35,744 nt of DNA from Minisyncoccota bacterium (GTDB lineage Bacteria; Patescibacteriota; Minisyncoccia; Phycocordibacterales; UBA9973): NCBI GenBank assembly GCA_016649835.1, contig JAENWX010000003.1, positions 1 through 35,744 of the forward strand. Direction: 5' to 3'. Positions 8,135 through 16,180 of the stretch are shown here, piece after piece (the stretch's first letter is position 1; each line of letters starts with the position of its first letter). The notes under the pieces were generated by a model. That model was not told the DNA's origin and searched no databases. It saw only the letters and a program-made list of their open reading frames with translations. The translations under genes were made by a program, and so were the position numbers.

Positions 8135-8928
8135 TTCATAAGAGTTGTATCTAGCGACCTTGTTTTAGTTAAACCTCCATTTTTCCAAGAAACAGTAATG
8201 GTAACATTTACTCCATCATTGGCCACATTTGGAACCACTAATATTTGTCTCTTGAAACTAGTTTTCACTCCTCCAATAGAATTATAATTATAGAAAACAC
8301 CACCTGCAGAATCTGCATGATAATATAAAGCGCATTCTGTTGTAGGACATGCTCCGAGTGTTGCTCCTACGGTTTGGCCTATACCACTTGATACATCTAT
8401 ATAACATCCATTATATTGATTTGCTGTTGCATTACAAAGAGCATATTTTGCTACAAATGTATTCCATGGACCTACTACATCTACACCTGTCTGAAGAAAA
8501 ACACTAGAGTCTCTGTCATTTCTAATATAGTCTATTGCTTCTTGTAAAAGATAACTGGCAGTTATTTCATCTCTAGCATATCTTGCAGCAAACAAACTGT
8601 TTGCAACAACTGTCATAAGACTAACAATAGTAATTGTTAGGATTAAAACTGCAACCATTGTTTCAACGAGTGTAAACCCCCGACACCAAATTTTGTGTTG
8701 TGTTTTTGTTGCACTACTAATAAAAGTTTTAAAAATTGATTTATTACTATATTTAAGTTTATTAAGAAAACTGTCTAAAACACTGTGCGACGACACAAAA
8801 TTTGGGGGGGGGGTAAATCCTTTATTATTTTTTTTATAAATATTATTTATCATCCCATTAGAAGTAAATACTCGCAATCTACTTGTCAGATTTATTATAT
8901 TATTTATTTTTGTGTAAATTGTTTTCAT
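8122..8928 (-). CDS. PilV-like minor pilin with insertion-extended leader
   Basis: G|FTLVETMVAVLILTI motif. The leader contains two inserted repeats; alternative start MINNIY at 8853. Confidence 0.85.
   Translation of the reverse strand: MKTIYTKINNIINLTSRLRVFTSNGMINNIYKKNNKGFTPPPNFVSSHSVLDSFLNKLKYSNKSIFKTFISSATKTQHKIWCRGFTLVETMVAVLILTITIVSLMTVVANSLFAARYARDEITASYLLQEAIDYIRNDRDSSVFLQTGVDVVGPWNTFVAKYALCNATANQYNGCYIDVSSGIGQTVGATLGACPTTECALYYHADSAGGVFYNYNSIGGVKTSFKRQILVVPNVANDGVNVTITVSWKNGGLTKTRSLDTTLMNWQI
8672..8817. mobile_element. 141-bp MITE-like in-frame insertion in the prepilin leader
   Basis: Terminal inverted repeats CCAAATTTTGTGT/ACACAAAATTTGG with C/G-rich ends. GTAAA is duplicated at 8672-8676 and 8813-8817, 47 codons apart. 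Confidence 0.75.
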
Positions 8929-8980
8929 AATTTATTTTTATTTACTTTATGATTGCGACTTCTAACGGGATAGGTATATT
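8849..8980. repeat. Roughly 131-bp direct repeat, copy 1 (CCCATTAGAAGT...ACTTCTAACGGG element)
   Basis: Nearly identical to 9558-9689 (offset 709). Its ends are inverted repeats. Confidence 0.92.
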
Positions 8981-8983
8981 TAT

Positions 8984-9637
8984 TTAAAAATTGCGCTGTG
9001 AAGCTAAAGTTTGAATAGAAAAACTTGATGGAATTCCTTTTACCAGAACTGAGCCTTTCATTATTATATATACGCTTGCTTGTTTAGTATCATTAGGAGT
9101 AGAACCATTTACAATAAATTTCAACTCATCTATTCTTACATCTGGTGAAACAATAGGGACGCATACGTTCCCTTCTCCGCAACGCTCAATAGAAGTACCA
9201 CTTGCAGACCTTTTATATGCGATCTTGTTTGTAGCAGTAGGATCTTGCGGTCTGAATGCTATCAAAGTACCAGGTGATGTGCTCGTGCAATCTTTAACAT
9301 CTGTTAAATTACTCAAGTTAACAGTATCTTCTGCAAGAACACAATAATAGTTGGTTCCCATACGTATAGAACGAGTCATACTTTCCATTGCAAAGTTTAC
9401 GTTGTCCATAGCAAAACGTAGAGCTCTGGAAGTTTTGGATGCATCAAGTAAAGTAAAAAGAGAACCCATTGAGGCAAGCATTATAACAACAAAGATAGAG
9501 GTGGCTACCATTAATTCAACGAGTGTGAAGCCTTTATTTATTTTTCTATTTTTTGTAATCATCCCATTAGAAGTAACCGCTCGCAATCTACTTGTCAGAT
9601 TTATTATATTATTTATTTTTGTGTAAATTGTTTTCAT
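8984..9637 (-). CDS. PilW/PulJ-like minor pilin (alternative start MITKN at 9562)
   Basis: KG|FTLVELMVATSIFVVI; MESMTRSIRMG helix. Confidence 0.85.
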   Translation of the reverse strand: MKTIYTKINNIINLTSRLRAVTSNGMITKNRKINKGFTLVELMVATSIFVVIMLASMGSLFTLLDASKTSRALRFAMDNVNFAMESMTRSIRMGTNYYCVLAEDTVNLSNLTDVKDCTSTSPGTLIAFRPQDPTATNKIAYKRSASGTSIERCGEGNVCVPIVSPDVRIDELKFIVNGSTPNDTKQASVYIIMKGSVLVKGIPSSFSIQTLASQRNF

Positions 9638-9689
9638 AATTTATTTTTATTTACTTTATGATTGCGACTTCTAACGGGACGGGTATATT
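9558..9689. repeat. Roughly 131-bp direct repeat, copy 2
   Basis: Nearly identical to 8849-8980. Confidence 0.92.
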
Positions 9690-10359
9690 AATTTGAAACA
9701 CTTATTTGACCATTGTTTGAGATAGTTACTGTTTTTGTGGTTACAGGAATTTCGCTAGTTGCTAATATTATTTGTATATATGATATGCCTTCCATAGCAT
9801 CACAGCTGGTATTGGTCACAGCACTTTTATAACAAAAAACTGGCTCTGGGTTTGGGCGTTTAAAAACTATATCCAAAGTCCCAGTTGCGGGTAGTGTCTT
9901 ATCAACAAGATAACCTCCTACATAATATTTTATTCCTAATATTTTATCTGTACTTGCTATATTTAAAACCTCAAGACATTCACTTCCGGTAGTAGGAGCT
10001 CCACAAACTGTATTATAATCATACATTTTATTTTGGACCACATCCATATCTGCAAATAAAATAAATGCTTTATTAGTGCCAGAGTAGGTACCAACAGGTA
10101 GAGGATTTACAGTGAAATGAACTCCGTAACCAACATCAAAAACTGAGTCAGTACTATGAACTCCAATGGCGTAGCCTTGAGCTTTTCTGACTGATAAAGC
10201 AATATCATCGGCTAGGTTTTGGATAGATAAAGAGGATCGGAATTTACCATAGTCAAAAATAGTTATCCCCGAGATAATCACGAAAATGAAAATCACAACC
10301 AAGAGTTCAACTAGGGTTACTCCTTTATTATATTTTATTTTGTGAAAATTTTTAAACAT
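9688..10359 (-). CDS. FimT/PulH-like minor pilin
   Basis: KG|VTLVELLVVIFIFVII; LADDIALSVRKAQGYA; C-terminal VTISNNGQI. Confidence 0.85.
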   Translation of the reverse strand: MFKNFHKIKYNKGVTLVELLVVIFIFVIISGITIFDYGKFRSSLSIQNLADDIALSVRKAQGYAIGVHSTDSVFDVGYGVHFTVNPLPVGTYSGTNKAFILFADMDVVQNKMYDYNTVCGAPTTGSECLEVLNIASTDKILGIKYYVGGYLVDKTLPATGTLDIVFKRPNPEPVFCYKSAVTNTSCDAMEGISYIQIILATSEIPVTTKTVTISNNGQISVSN

Positions 10360-10377
10360 TATATTAGTATCTAATAA

Positions 10378-11190
10378 TTATATACTAAATAATCTAATTA
10401 AAGAAAAGATATCTAAATTAAATATGAAAACAATAAGGGCGCTAACTATCAGAAATGGAGCAAAAGGTATTTCTGACTTCATATTTAGCTTATTTCTGGA
10501 TAAAAACATCGCTGTTAAGCTTATAATAGTACCTATCCAAAATGATAGTATTACCATAGCAATACCAGCGTATAGTCCTAGCAACCATCCAATACCCAAC
10601 ACCAGCTTCCCATCACCAAGACCCATAAGTCTTCCTTTTGAAAACAACCAAAGTAGTGCAAATGGTAGAGCAAGCACAGGACCAGCAAGCAATGCGGAAG
10701 TAGATGGCATTACAAATAAAGAACCAAAAGGTAGCGGATTTATAAATGTTGAAATAAGTGAAACAACTATAAAAATAAAAACAAGTTTGTCTGGGATTAT
10801 TTTGTGGCGTAAGTCGTAAACTGATATCACTATAAGTAGTGAAAAGATAAACATATACGACACAATAAAGAAAAGATATATATTACTTGAAAAATATAAA
10901 ATGGGCATAAACTTATATGCGATGAGCGCAAAAACAATACCAGAAATAACTTCTACGAGAGGATATTGGTGAGATATTTTACTTGCGCAACGACGGCACT
11001 TGCCTGACTGAATTAGAAAACTAAGAACTGGAATAAGTTCGTACCATCTGAGGTGCTTGTTGCAAGTCATACAAATAGACCTACCCCTAACGATAGTCAT
11101 ACCTGTATTAAATCTATAAATAACTACATTTAAAAAACTTCCGATAATTGTGCCCATTAAAAAAATAAAAATAAATATAAGTATGTACAT
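10378..11190 (-). CDS. pilD: Prepilin peptidase (A24)
   Basis: GSFLNVVIYR, RSICMTC, LIPVLSFL..GKCRRC, YDLRHKIIPD, MGLGDGKL, IPFAPFL. Confidence 0.96.
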   Translation of the reverse strand: MYILIFIFIFLMGTIIGSFLNVVIYRFNTGMTIVRGRSICMTCNKHLRWYELIPVLSFLIQSGKCRRCASKISHQYPLVEVISGIVFALIAYKFMPILYFSSNIYLFFIVSYMFIFSLLIVISVYDLRHKIIPDKLVFIFIVVSLISTFINPLPFGSLFVMPSTSALLAGPVLALPFALLWLFSKGRLMGLGDGKLVLGIGWLLGLYAGIAMVILSFWIGTIISLTAMFLSRNKLNMKSEIPFAPFLIVSALIVFIFNLDIFSLIRLFSI

Positions 11191-11294
11191 GAATATAGTA
11201 TAACATTCTGTGGAGAATTTTGGTATAGGGGAAACTTAATTAAAATTAACTTAATTTTTAAATAACAAAATGCACTACAGAATAAATTGAGACA

Positions 11295-11335
11295 AATAAA
11301 AAACACTCCGAATAAATTCGGAGTGTTTTTTATTT
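11295..11335. terminator. Terminator after pilin 11347-11847
   Basis: AAATAAAAAACACTCCGAAT-AA-ATTCGGAGTGTTTTTTATTT. Confidence 0.8.
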
Positions 11336-11346
11336 GATTAAATTAA

Positions 11347-11847
11347 TTATTCTACACAATTACCTGCTGCATTTATTTCTGCAGTAATAGCTGTTTGTCC
11401 GCCGTCAGCAACAGTAACCTCTTTAGATTTACCTGTATTATCAACACACCATGCTTTTGTTGAACTAGATTTTAACCCAGCCACTATAGCCCAAGTTGCC
11501 TGATTGGCACTTGAAGAACACGCAGCCAATACTCCTTGACCTATAGTGGCAGTAATAGCAGCTTGTACATTGGCGTTACCAAATATTGTACCTGCTGTAG
11601 TAGGACATACACCTGCAGTTACAGCTGTAGCAGCACATGCTACTGCTCCATCACTACTATAACAACCCTTATCTGTAAAAATAAGTTCTCCTTGCGCACG
11701 CATGTTTCCTAAATTTGACTTAATAGCAGCATCTGCTCCTTTAGCACGAGCTGTGTTAAGTGAGGCTAAAACAACTGAAGATAATATACCGATGATTGCG
11801 ATAACAACTAGCAATTCGATTAATGTAAAACCTTGATTTTTTTTCAT
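11347..11847 (-). CDS. Type IV major pilin-like protein 3
   Basis: QG|FTLIELLVVIAIIGILSSVVLASLNTAR; WCVDNTG near the C-terminus. Confidence 0.93.
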   Translation of the reverse strand: MKKNQGFTLIELLVVIAIIGILSSVVLASLNTARAKGADAAIKSNLGNMRAQGELIFTDKGCYSSDGAVACAATAVTAGVCPTTAGTIFGNANVQAAITATIGQGVLAACSSSANQATWAIVAGLKSSSTKAWCVDNTGKSKEVTVADGGQTAITAEINAAGNCVE

Positions 11848-11871
11848 AATAATTTTTATCTTTAATAATAT

Positions 11872-11913
11872 GTCTTTCTCGAAAGACGCGACTTTGCTTT
11901 TAAATTATATCAT
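11872..11913 (-). promoter_or_regulatory. Extended -10 promoter plus conserved pilin leader hairpin
   Basis: Minus strand TGATATAAT, then AAAAGCA..GTC..GTCTTT-CGAG-AAAGAC. Repeated at 12463-12511 and 13024-13075. Confidence 0.75.
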
Positions 11914-11921
11914 ACAATAAC

Positions 11922-11951
11922 AAAAAAACTATCTTTTAAGATAGTTTTTTT
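11922..11951. terminator. Terminator after pilin 11967-12437
   Basis: AAAAAAACTATCTT-TT-AAGATAGTTTTTTT. Confidence 0.75.
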
Positions 11952-11966
11952 GTATAAAAATTTATA

Positions 11967-12437
11967 TTAACACGCCACACCTGTTGTTGTTGCTGCCGCT
12001 TTTCCTCCGGAAAAACCAGTTGAATCTACACACCAGTGAGAGAAACTACCGTCAGCAACTTTTAATGGAACAGAAACTACCCAAGCAGAAGAAGAACCTA
12101 TAGATGAGCCACAAAATCCTGCAGCACCTCCAGCAGAAACAGCAGACGCAACTTGCGCAACTATATTTTTTTCTCCTTTTGTACCCGCTGGATCAAAAAG
12201 TGAACCCGCAGCTCCAGTACAACTAGATGCATTGGCAACAGTTCCGTATGCACTTCCAACCGTATCATAAACCATCTCAGCCTGAGCACGAATATTTGCT
12301 AAGTTTGATTTAATTGCAGCGTTAGCTCCTTTAGAACGTGCTGTATTTAGTGATGCCAAAACAACTGAAGATAATATACCAATAATAGCAATAACAACTA
12401 ACAGTTCGATAAGAGTGAAACCTTTATTTTTATTCAT
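11967..12437 (-). CDS. Type IV major pilin-like protein 2
   Basis: KG|FTLIELLVVIAIIGILSSVVLASLNTARSKG; WCVDSTG. Confidence 0.93.
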   Translation of the reverse strand: MNKNKGFTLIELLVVIAIIGILSSVVLASLNTARSKGANAAIKSNLANIRAQAEMVYDTVGSAYGTVANASSCTGAAGSLFDPAGTKGEKNIVAQVASAVSAGGAAGFCGSSIGSSSAWVVSVPLKVADGSFSHWCVDSTGFSGGKAAATTTGVAC

Positions 12438-12545
12438 AATAATTTTTTAACTTTCATAATATGTCTTTTTCGAAAGACATGACACTGCTTTTAATATTTT
12501 CATTATATCATATACAAATTAAATGTATACAATGTTTAAATCAAA

Positions 12546-12573
12546 AAACACCCCAATATTATTGGGGTGTTTT
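12546..12573. terminator. Terminator after pilin 12591-13001
   Basis: AAAACACCCCAATA...TATTGGGGTGTTTT. Confidence 0.8.
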
Positions 12574-12590
12574 AAAAATATATTAATATA

Positions 12591-13001
12591 TTAACAAACT
12601 AGGTCCGTTGTAGCAGTTAGGGATGTTCCTGTATTTACTTTTGCTGCTCCTGTTGAATCAACACAGTAGAAGCTAGTGCTTGCTTTAAGCTGTGCTTCAA
12701 GTCCCCATGCTGCTGCAGTATCAACACATTTTACATTTGTTCCTCCAGCTGTTCCTGCTCCTGTAACCATAGCAGGAATACCTGTTGTTGCTGTTGTACA
12801 AACGCTTAAGTAACTTGAGGAATTACCATCATAGTATAATTCTGCCTGTGCTCTAGCGTTATTTATAGTTGACTTTATTGCAGCATCTGCGCCCTTGGAA
12901 CGAGCTGTGTTTAGAGAAGCCAAAACAACTGATGATAATATACCTATGATTGCAATAACAACCAATAATTCTATAAGAGTGAAACCTTTATTTTTATTCA
13001 T
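12591..13001 (-). CDS. Type IV major pilin-like protein 1
   Basis: KG|FTLIELLVVIAIIGILSSVVLASLNTARSKG; YCVDSTG. Confidence 0.93.
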   Translation of the reverse strand: MNKNKGFTLIELLVVIAIIGILSSVVLASLNTARSKGADAAIKSTINNARAQAELYYDGNSSSYLSVCTTATTGIPAMVTGAGTAGGTNVKCVDTAAAWGLEAQLKASTSFYCVDSTGAAKVNTGTSLTATTDLVC

Positions 13002-13122
13002 AATAATTTAACTTTAATAATTTGTCTTTTTCGAAAGACTCGACTGCTTTTAATAATCTCTATACATTATATCACATAATTAATTAAACAATGCAATATA
13101 TTATTGTTGCGGATATCTGCTT

Positions 13123-14331
13123 CTAGCTGATACCTCCAGCAATATCATAAATAGGCATCAAAATAGCTGCAAGCAGTATACCGACACCCAAACCTAGCAT
13201 TATAATCATAATAGGCTCGATTAAACTCACCATTGTATCGACTGCATCGTTTACTTCTCGAGTATAGAAATGCCCAAGAGTTTTTAAGATGTTTCCAATA
13301 GAACCTGTTTCCTCTCCAACACGAATCATACCAGACATAATAGTTGGGATTTCGGTATGTTTAGAAAATGCATCTGAAAGAGAGCTCCCCCCCTTCACAG
13401 CTTCTGCTACATCTTTCAAGATATTTTCATAAACCAAGTTTCCTGTGACCGCACTTGTGAGCTCTATGGCACGAACGATAGGAATACTGGATGAAAGCAT
13501 TGTATCCATGTTGTCAGAAATACGAGCTAGATATAATTTGGAATATATGTTTTTGAAAACTGGAACTGAAATTTTTAATCTATCAAAATATAACTTTCCT
13601 GCAGTGGAACGAGAGAATCGTGCTAAATAAATCATTAAAAGTACTAAACCAATAAGCAAAAAGGCTCCATAATTTATTAGAAAATCACTGAACCCCATTA
13701 TTATCTTTGTGAAGAATGGAATAGCCATTCCTGACTCTTTAATAATAACTGTAAGTTTTGGAATAATGAAAACGAACATCATTCCCATAACAATAACGAA
13801 AACTCCAATAACGAAACCCGGATATATAAGAGCGTTTTTGGTTTTAGAAGAAAGCTGGTACTGACGGTCGAGATAATCTGCTAAATAAGAAAAAGTCTGC
13901 GTGAGCTTACCTGACTCTTCCCCTGACTTGACCATGTTTACATAAAAATCTGAAAATACTTTTGGGTGTTTGGATAGGGCGACAGAAATATACACCCCGG
14001 ATTTAATATCTTCGGAAACCTCACTCAAAATATGAGATAATTCTTGGTTCTCTGTATTTTCAGAAAGAAGATTGAACGCTTTTAGAGCAGCAACTTGTGA
14101 CTCGAACAAAGTGGACATCTGTCGTGACATTATCACGATATCTTTCATGGGAACAGAACCTGTAAAGAAAGCTCTCTCAAAAATACTTTTTTTAACAACA
14201 CTTTCGTTGATACTAGAAAGAATTAAACCACGGCGCTGAATAGCTGCTATGGCTAAATCCCTGGAGCCCGTTTCAATGGAACCAGTTTTTTTCTCCCCTG
14301 TGCTAGTTATTGCTTCGTAATTAAATATCAT
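13123..14331 (-). CDS. pilC: Type IV pilus platform protein (GspF/PilC)
   Basis: FYVNMVKSGEESGKL, ALIYP, MIRVGEETG, SLIEP, LMPIY motifs. Confidence 0.95.
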   Translation of the reverse strand: MIFNYEAITSTGEKKTGSIETGSRDLAIAAIQRRGLILSSINESVVKKSIFERAFFTGSVPMKDIVIMSRQMSTLFESQVAALKAFNLLSENTENQELSHILSEVSEDIKSGVYISVALSKHPKVFSDFYVNMVKSGEESGKLTQTFSYLADYLDRQYQLSSKTKNALIYPGFVIGVFVIVMGMMFVFIIPKLTVIIKESGMAIPFFTKIIMGFSDFLINYGAFLLIGLVLLMIYLARFSRSTAGKLYFDRLKISVPVFKNIYSKLYLARISDNMDTMLSSSIPIVRAIELTSAVTGNLVYENILKDVAEAVKGGSSLSDAFSKHTEIPTIMSGMIRVGEETGSIGNILKTLGHFYTREVNDAVDTMVSLIEPIMIIMLGLGVGILLAAILMPIYDIAGGIS

Positions 14332-14334
14332 ATA

Positions 14335-15396
14335 TTAAAACATTTGCTCTAAGGCCTTAGGGTTAATAGAATATTCATAAGCTATATCTAAGCTTATTTC
14401 ACCTCGTTGTACTAAGTCGATAAGACTTCTGTTCATGTCTATCATGCCTTCATGGGAAGAAGTTTCAATAACGGTATCAATCTCGTGGGTTCTTTTTTCG
14501 CGAATAAGATTGGCAACGGCTTTGTTGTTTATGAGAAGCTCATATGCTGGAATACGTCCACCAGAAATTCGAGGAATCAGACGCTGTGAAAATATACCTA
14601 GCAAACTAGAAGCCAATTGTAATCTGATTTGGCCTTGCTGTGATGCTGAGAATGAGTCAATAATACGGTCGATAGTTTGTGAAGCATTATTTGTATGAAG
14701 TGTTGATAAAACCAAGTGCCCTGTCTCTGCGGCAGTAACTGCAGCTGAAATAGTATCTGCATCACGCATTTCTCCAATAAGAAGAACGTTTGCATCTTCA
14801 CGAAAAGCGGCTTTTAATGCTCCAACGAAATCTTCAGTATCTACTCCTATTTCTCTTTGGTCAATAATAGACCTTTCTGGTTGGTATATAAATTCGATAG
14901 GGTCTTCTATGGTAATAATATGAGCTGCTGTTTCAGCATTTATCATATTTATCATAGTAGATAATGTTGTGGACTTACCTTGCCCCACTGGACCTACAAC
15001 CAAGAAAAATCCTTGTTTTTTTCTAGAAAAATCTTTAAGAATTAAAGGAAGGTTTAGCTCTTCAAAAGATTTAGGTTTTGGAACTAGACGAATAGCGATA
15101 CATATCATACCGCGTTGGAAAAATGCATTTCCGCGTAGTTGAACCTTGCCGTCGTTTAGATTTGCGGAAAAGTCGGAACTTTTTGTTTCTACAAATTTCT
15201 TGTATCTCTCGGGATTAATAAATGTACCTAAAATACCTAGCATGTCTGCATCGGTCATGACATTACTGTTTACAAGAAAAACAAGCTGTCCGTTTATTCT
15301 AATGGCGGGCTTGCGACCAACACCCAAGTGAAGGTCTGAACCATCTTGGTCTATTAGATTTTGTATTAAACCATGAACGAAATTTTTGTAATCCAT
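14335..15396 (-). CDS. pilT: Pilus retraction ATPase
   Basis: SDLHL, GPVGQGKSTT, TIEDPIE, LIGEMRD, AAETGHLVLSTLHT, AVANLIRE (AIRNLIRE-type motif). Confidence 0.93.
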   Translation of the reverse strand: MDYKNFVHGLIQNLIDQDGSDLHLGVGRKPAIRINGQLVFLVNSNVMTDADMLGILGTFINPERYKKFVETKSSDFSANLNDGKVQLRGNAFFQRGMICIAIRLVPKPKSFEELNLPLILKDFSRKKQGFFLVVGPVGQGKSTTLSTMINMINAETAAHIITIEDPIEFIYQPERSIIDQREIGVDTEDFVGALKAAFREDANVLLIGEMRDADTISAAVTAAETGHLVLSTLHTNNASQTIDRIIDSFSASQQGQIRLQLASSLLGIFSQRLIPRISGGRIPAYELLINNKAVANLIREKRTHEIDTVIETSSHEGMIDMNRSLIDLVQRGEISLDIAYEYSINPKALEQMF

Positions 15397-15402
15397 AAAA
15401 TA

Positions 15403-15801
15403 TTATTGTTGTTTATTTGAATCATTAATTATTTTAACTACTTTTTCTATAACTTCACTTGGTATGCAAGAGGCCTTTATAATATAACCCGCTGCTCCTA
15501 GTGCATTTGCGCGAGTAACATCTGATGGCTGACCTCTATTTGAAAGAAATATTGTTTTTGCTTTTGGTGCTAAATTTTCTTCTTTTATTTTCTCATATAA
15601 TTCAAACCCATCCATTTCGGGCATCATTATATCTAAGAGAATAATATCAGGAGAAAGCCCACCACGTAATTTTTCTAATGCTAAAGCTGAACCCAGAGAA
15701 GTAGAAACATCAAAATTTGATTTGATAAATTTTAATGCATACATATCAAGAAGGAAACTATCGTCGTCCACAATTAAAATGTTTTTCATTTCTGCTTCCA
15801 T
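15403..15801 (-). CDS. Single-domain response regulator (start revised from 16005)
   Basis: ILIVDDD, PDIILLDIMMPEMDG, FLSN, GAAGYIIK. The longer ORF only reads through the repeat array, and an extended -10 lies 7 nt before ATG 15801. Confidence 0.9.
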   Translation of the reverse strand: MEAEMKNILIVDDDSFLLDMYALKFIKSNFDVSTSLGSALALEKLRGGLSPDIILLDIMMPEMDGFELYEKIKEENLAPKAKTIFLSNRGQPSDVTRANALGAAGYIIKASCIPSEVIEKVVKIINDSNKQQ

Positions 15802-15810
15802 ATGTTTTAT

Positions 15811-16148
15811 TATAACAATAAGTGAGGAGCATATGCAAATAAAGTAATCTTTGATTTGCATAATGTCCGAACGCCGTTGTTCTATCGTAATCGATATAAC
15901 AACAAACGAGGAGCGTATGCAAATAAATACCAATTTATTTGCATCACGTCCGAGAGCCGTTGTTCTATCGTAATCGATATAACAATAAGTGAGGAGCATA
16001 AGCAAATGAATACCAATTTATTTGCTTAATGTCCGAACGCCATTGTTCTATAGTAATCTATATAACAACAAGTGAGGAGCATATGCAAATGAATTAATAT
16101 TTATTTGCATAATGTCCGAACGCCGTTGTTCTATCGTAATCGATATAA
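15811..16148 (+). repeat. Tandem array of four 83-84 bp structured units
   Basis: Units at 15811-15894, 15895-15977, 15978-16060 and 16061-16143, with nested stems showing compensatory substitutions. Confidence 0.95.
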
Positions 16149-16180
16149 TACAAATATAAATGTTTTGCTACGTATTAAAA

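Noticed and set aside
12463-12478. TTCGAAAGAC shared between pilin leaders and tRNA trailer cassettes
   Set aside because: Only 10 nt in different structural contexts, which is insufficient to claim homology.
15802-16005. 68-aa N-terminal extension of the response regulator
   Set aside because: It is read-through of the non-coding repeat array. A better start with a promoter lies at 15801.
15811-16148. CRISPR array
   Set aside because: The units are similar along their whole length with only a ~10-nt variable loop. There are no unique spacers and no cas operon.
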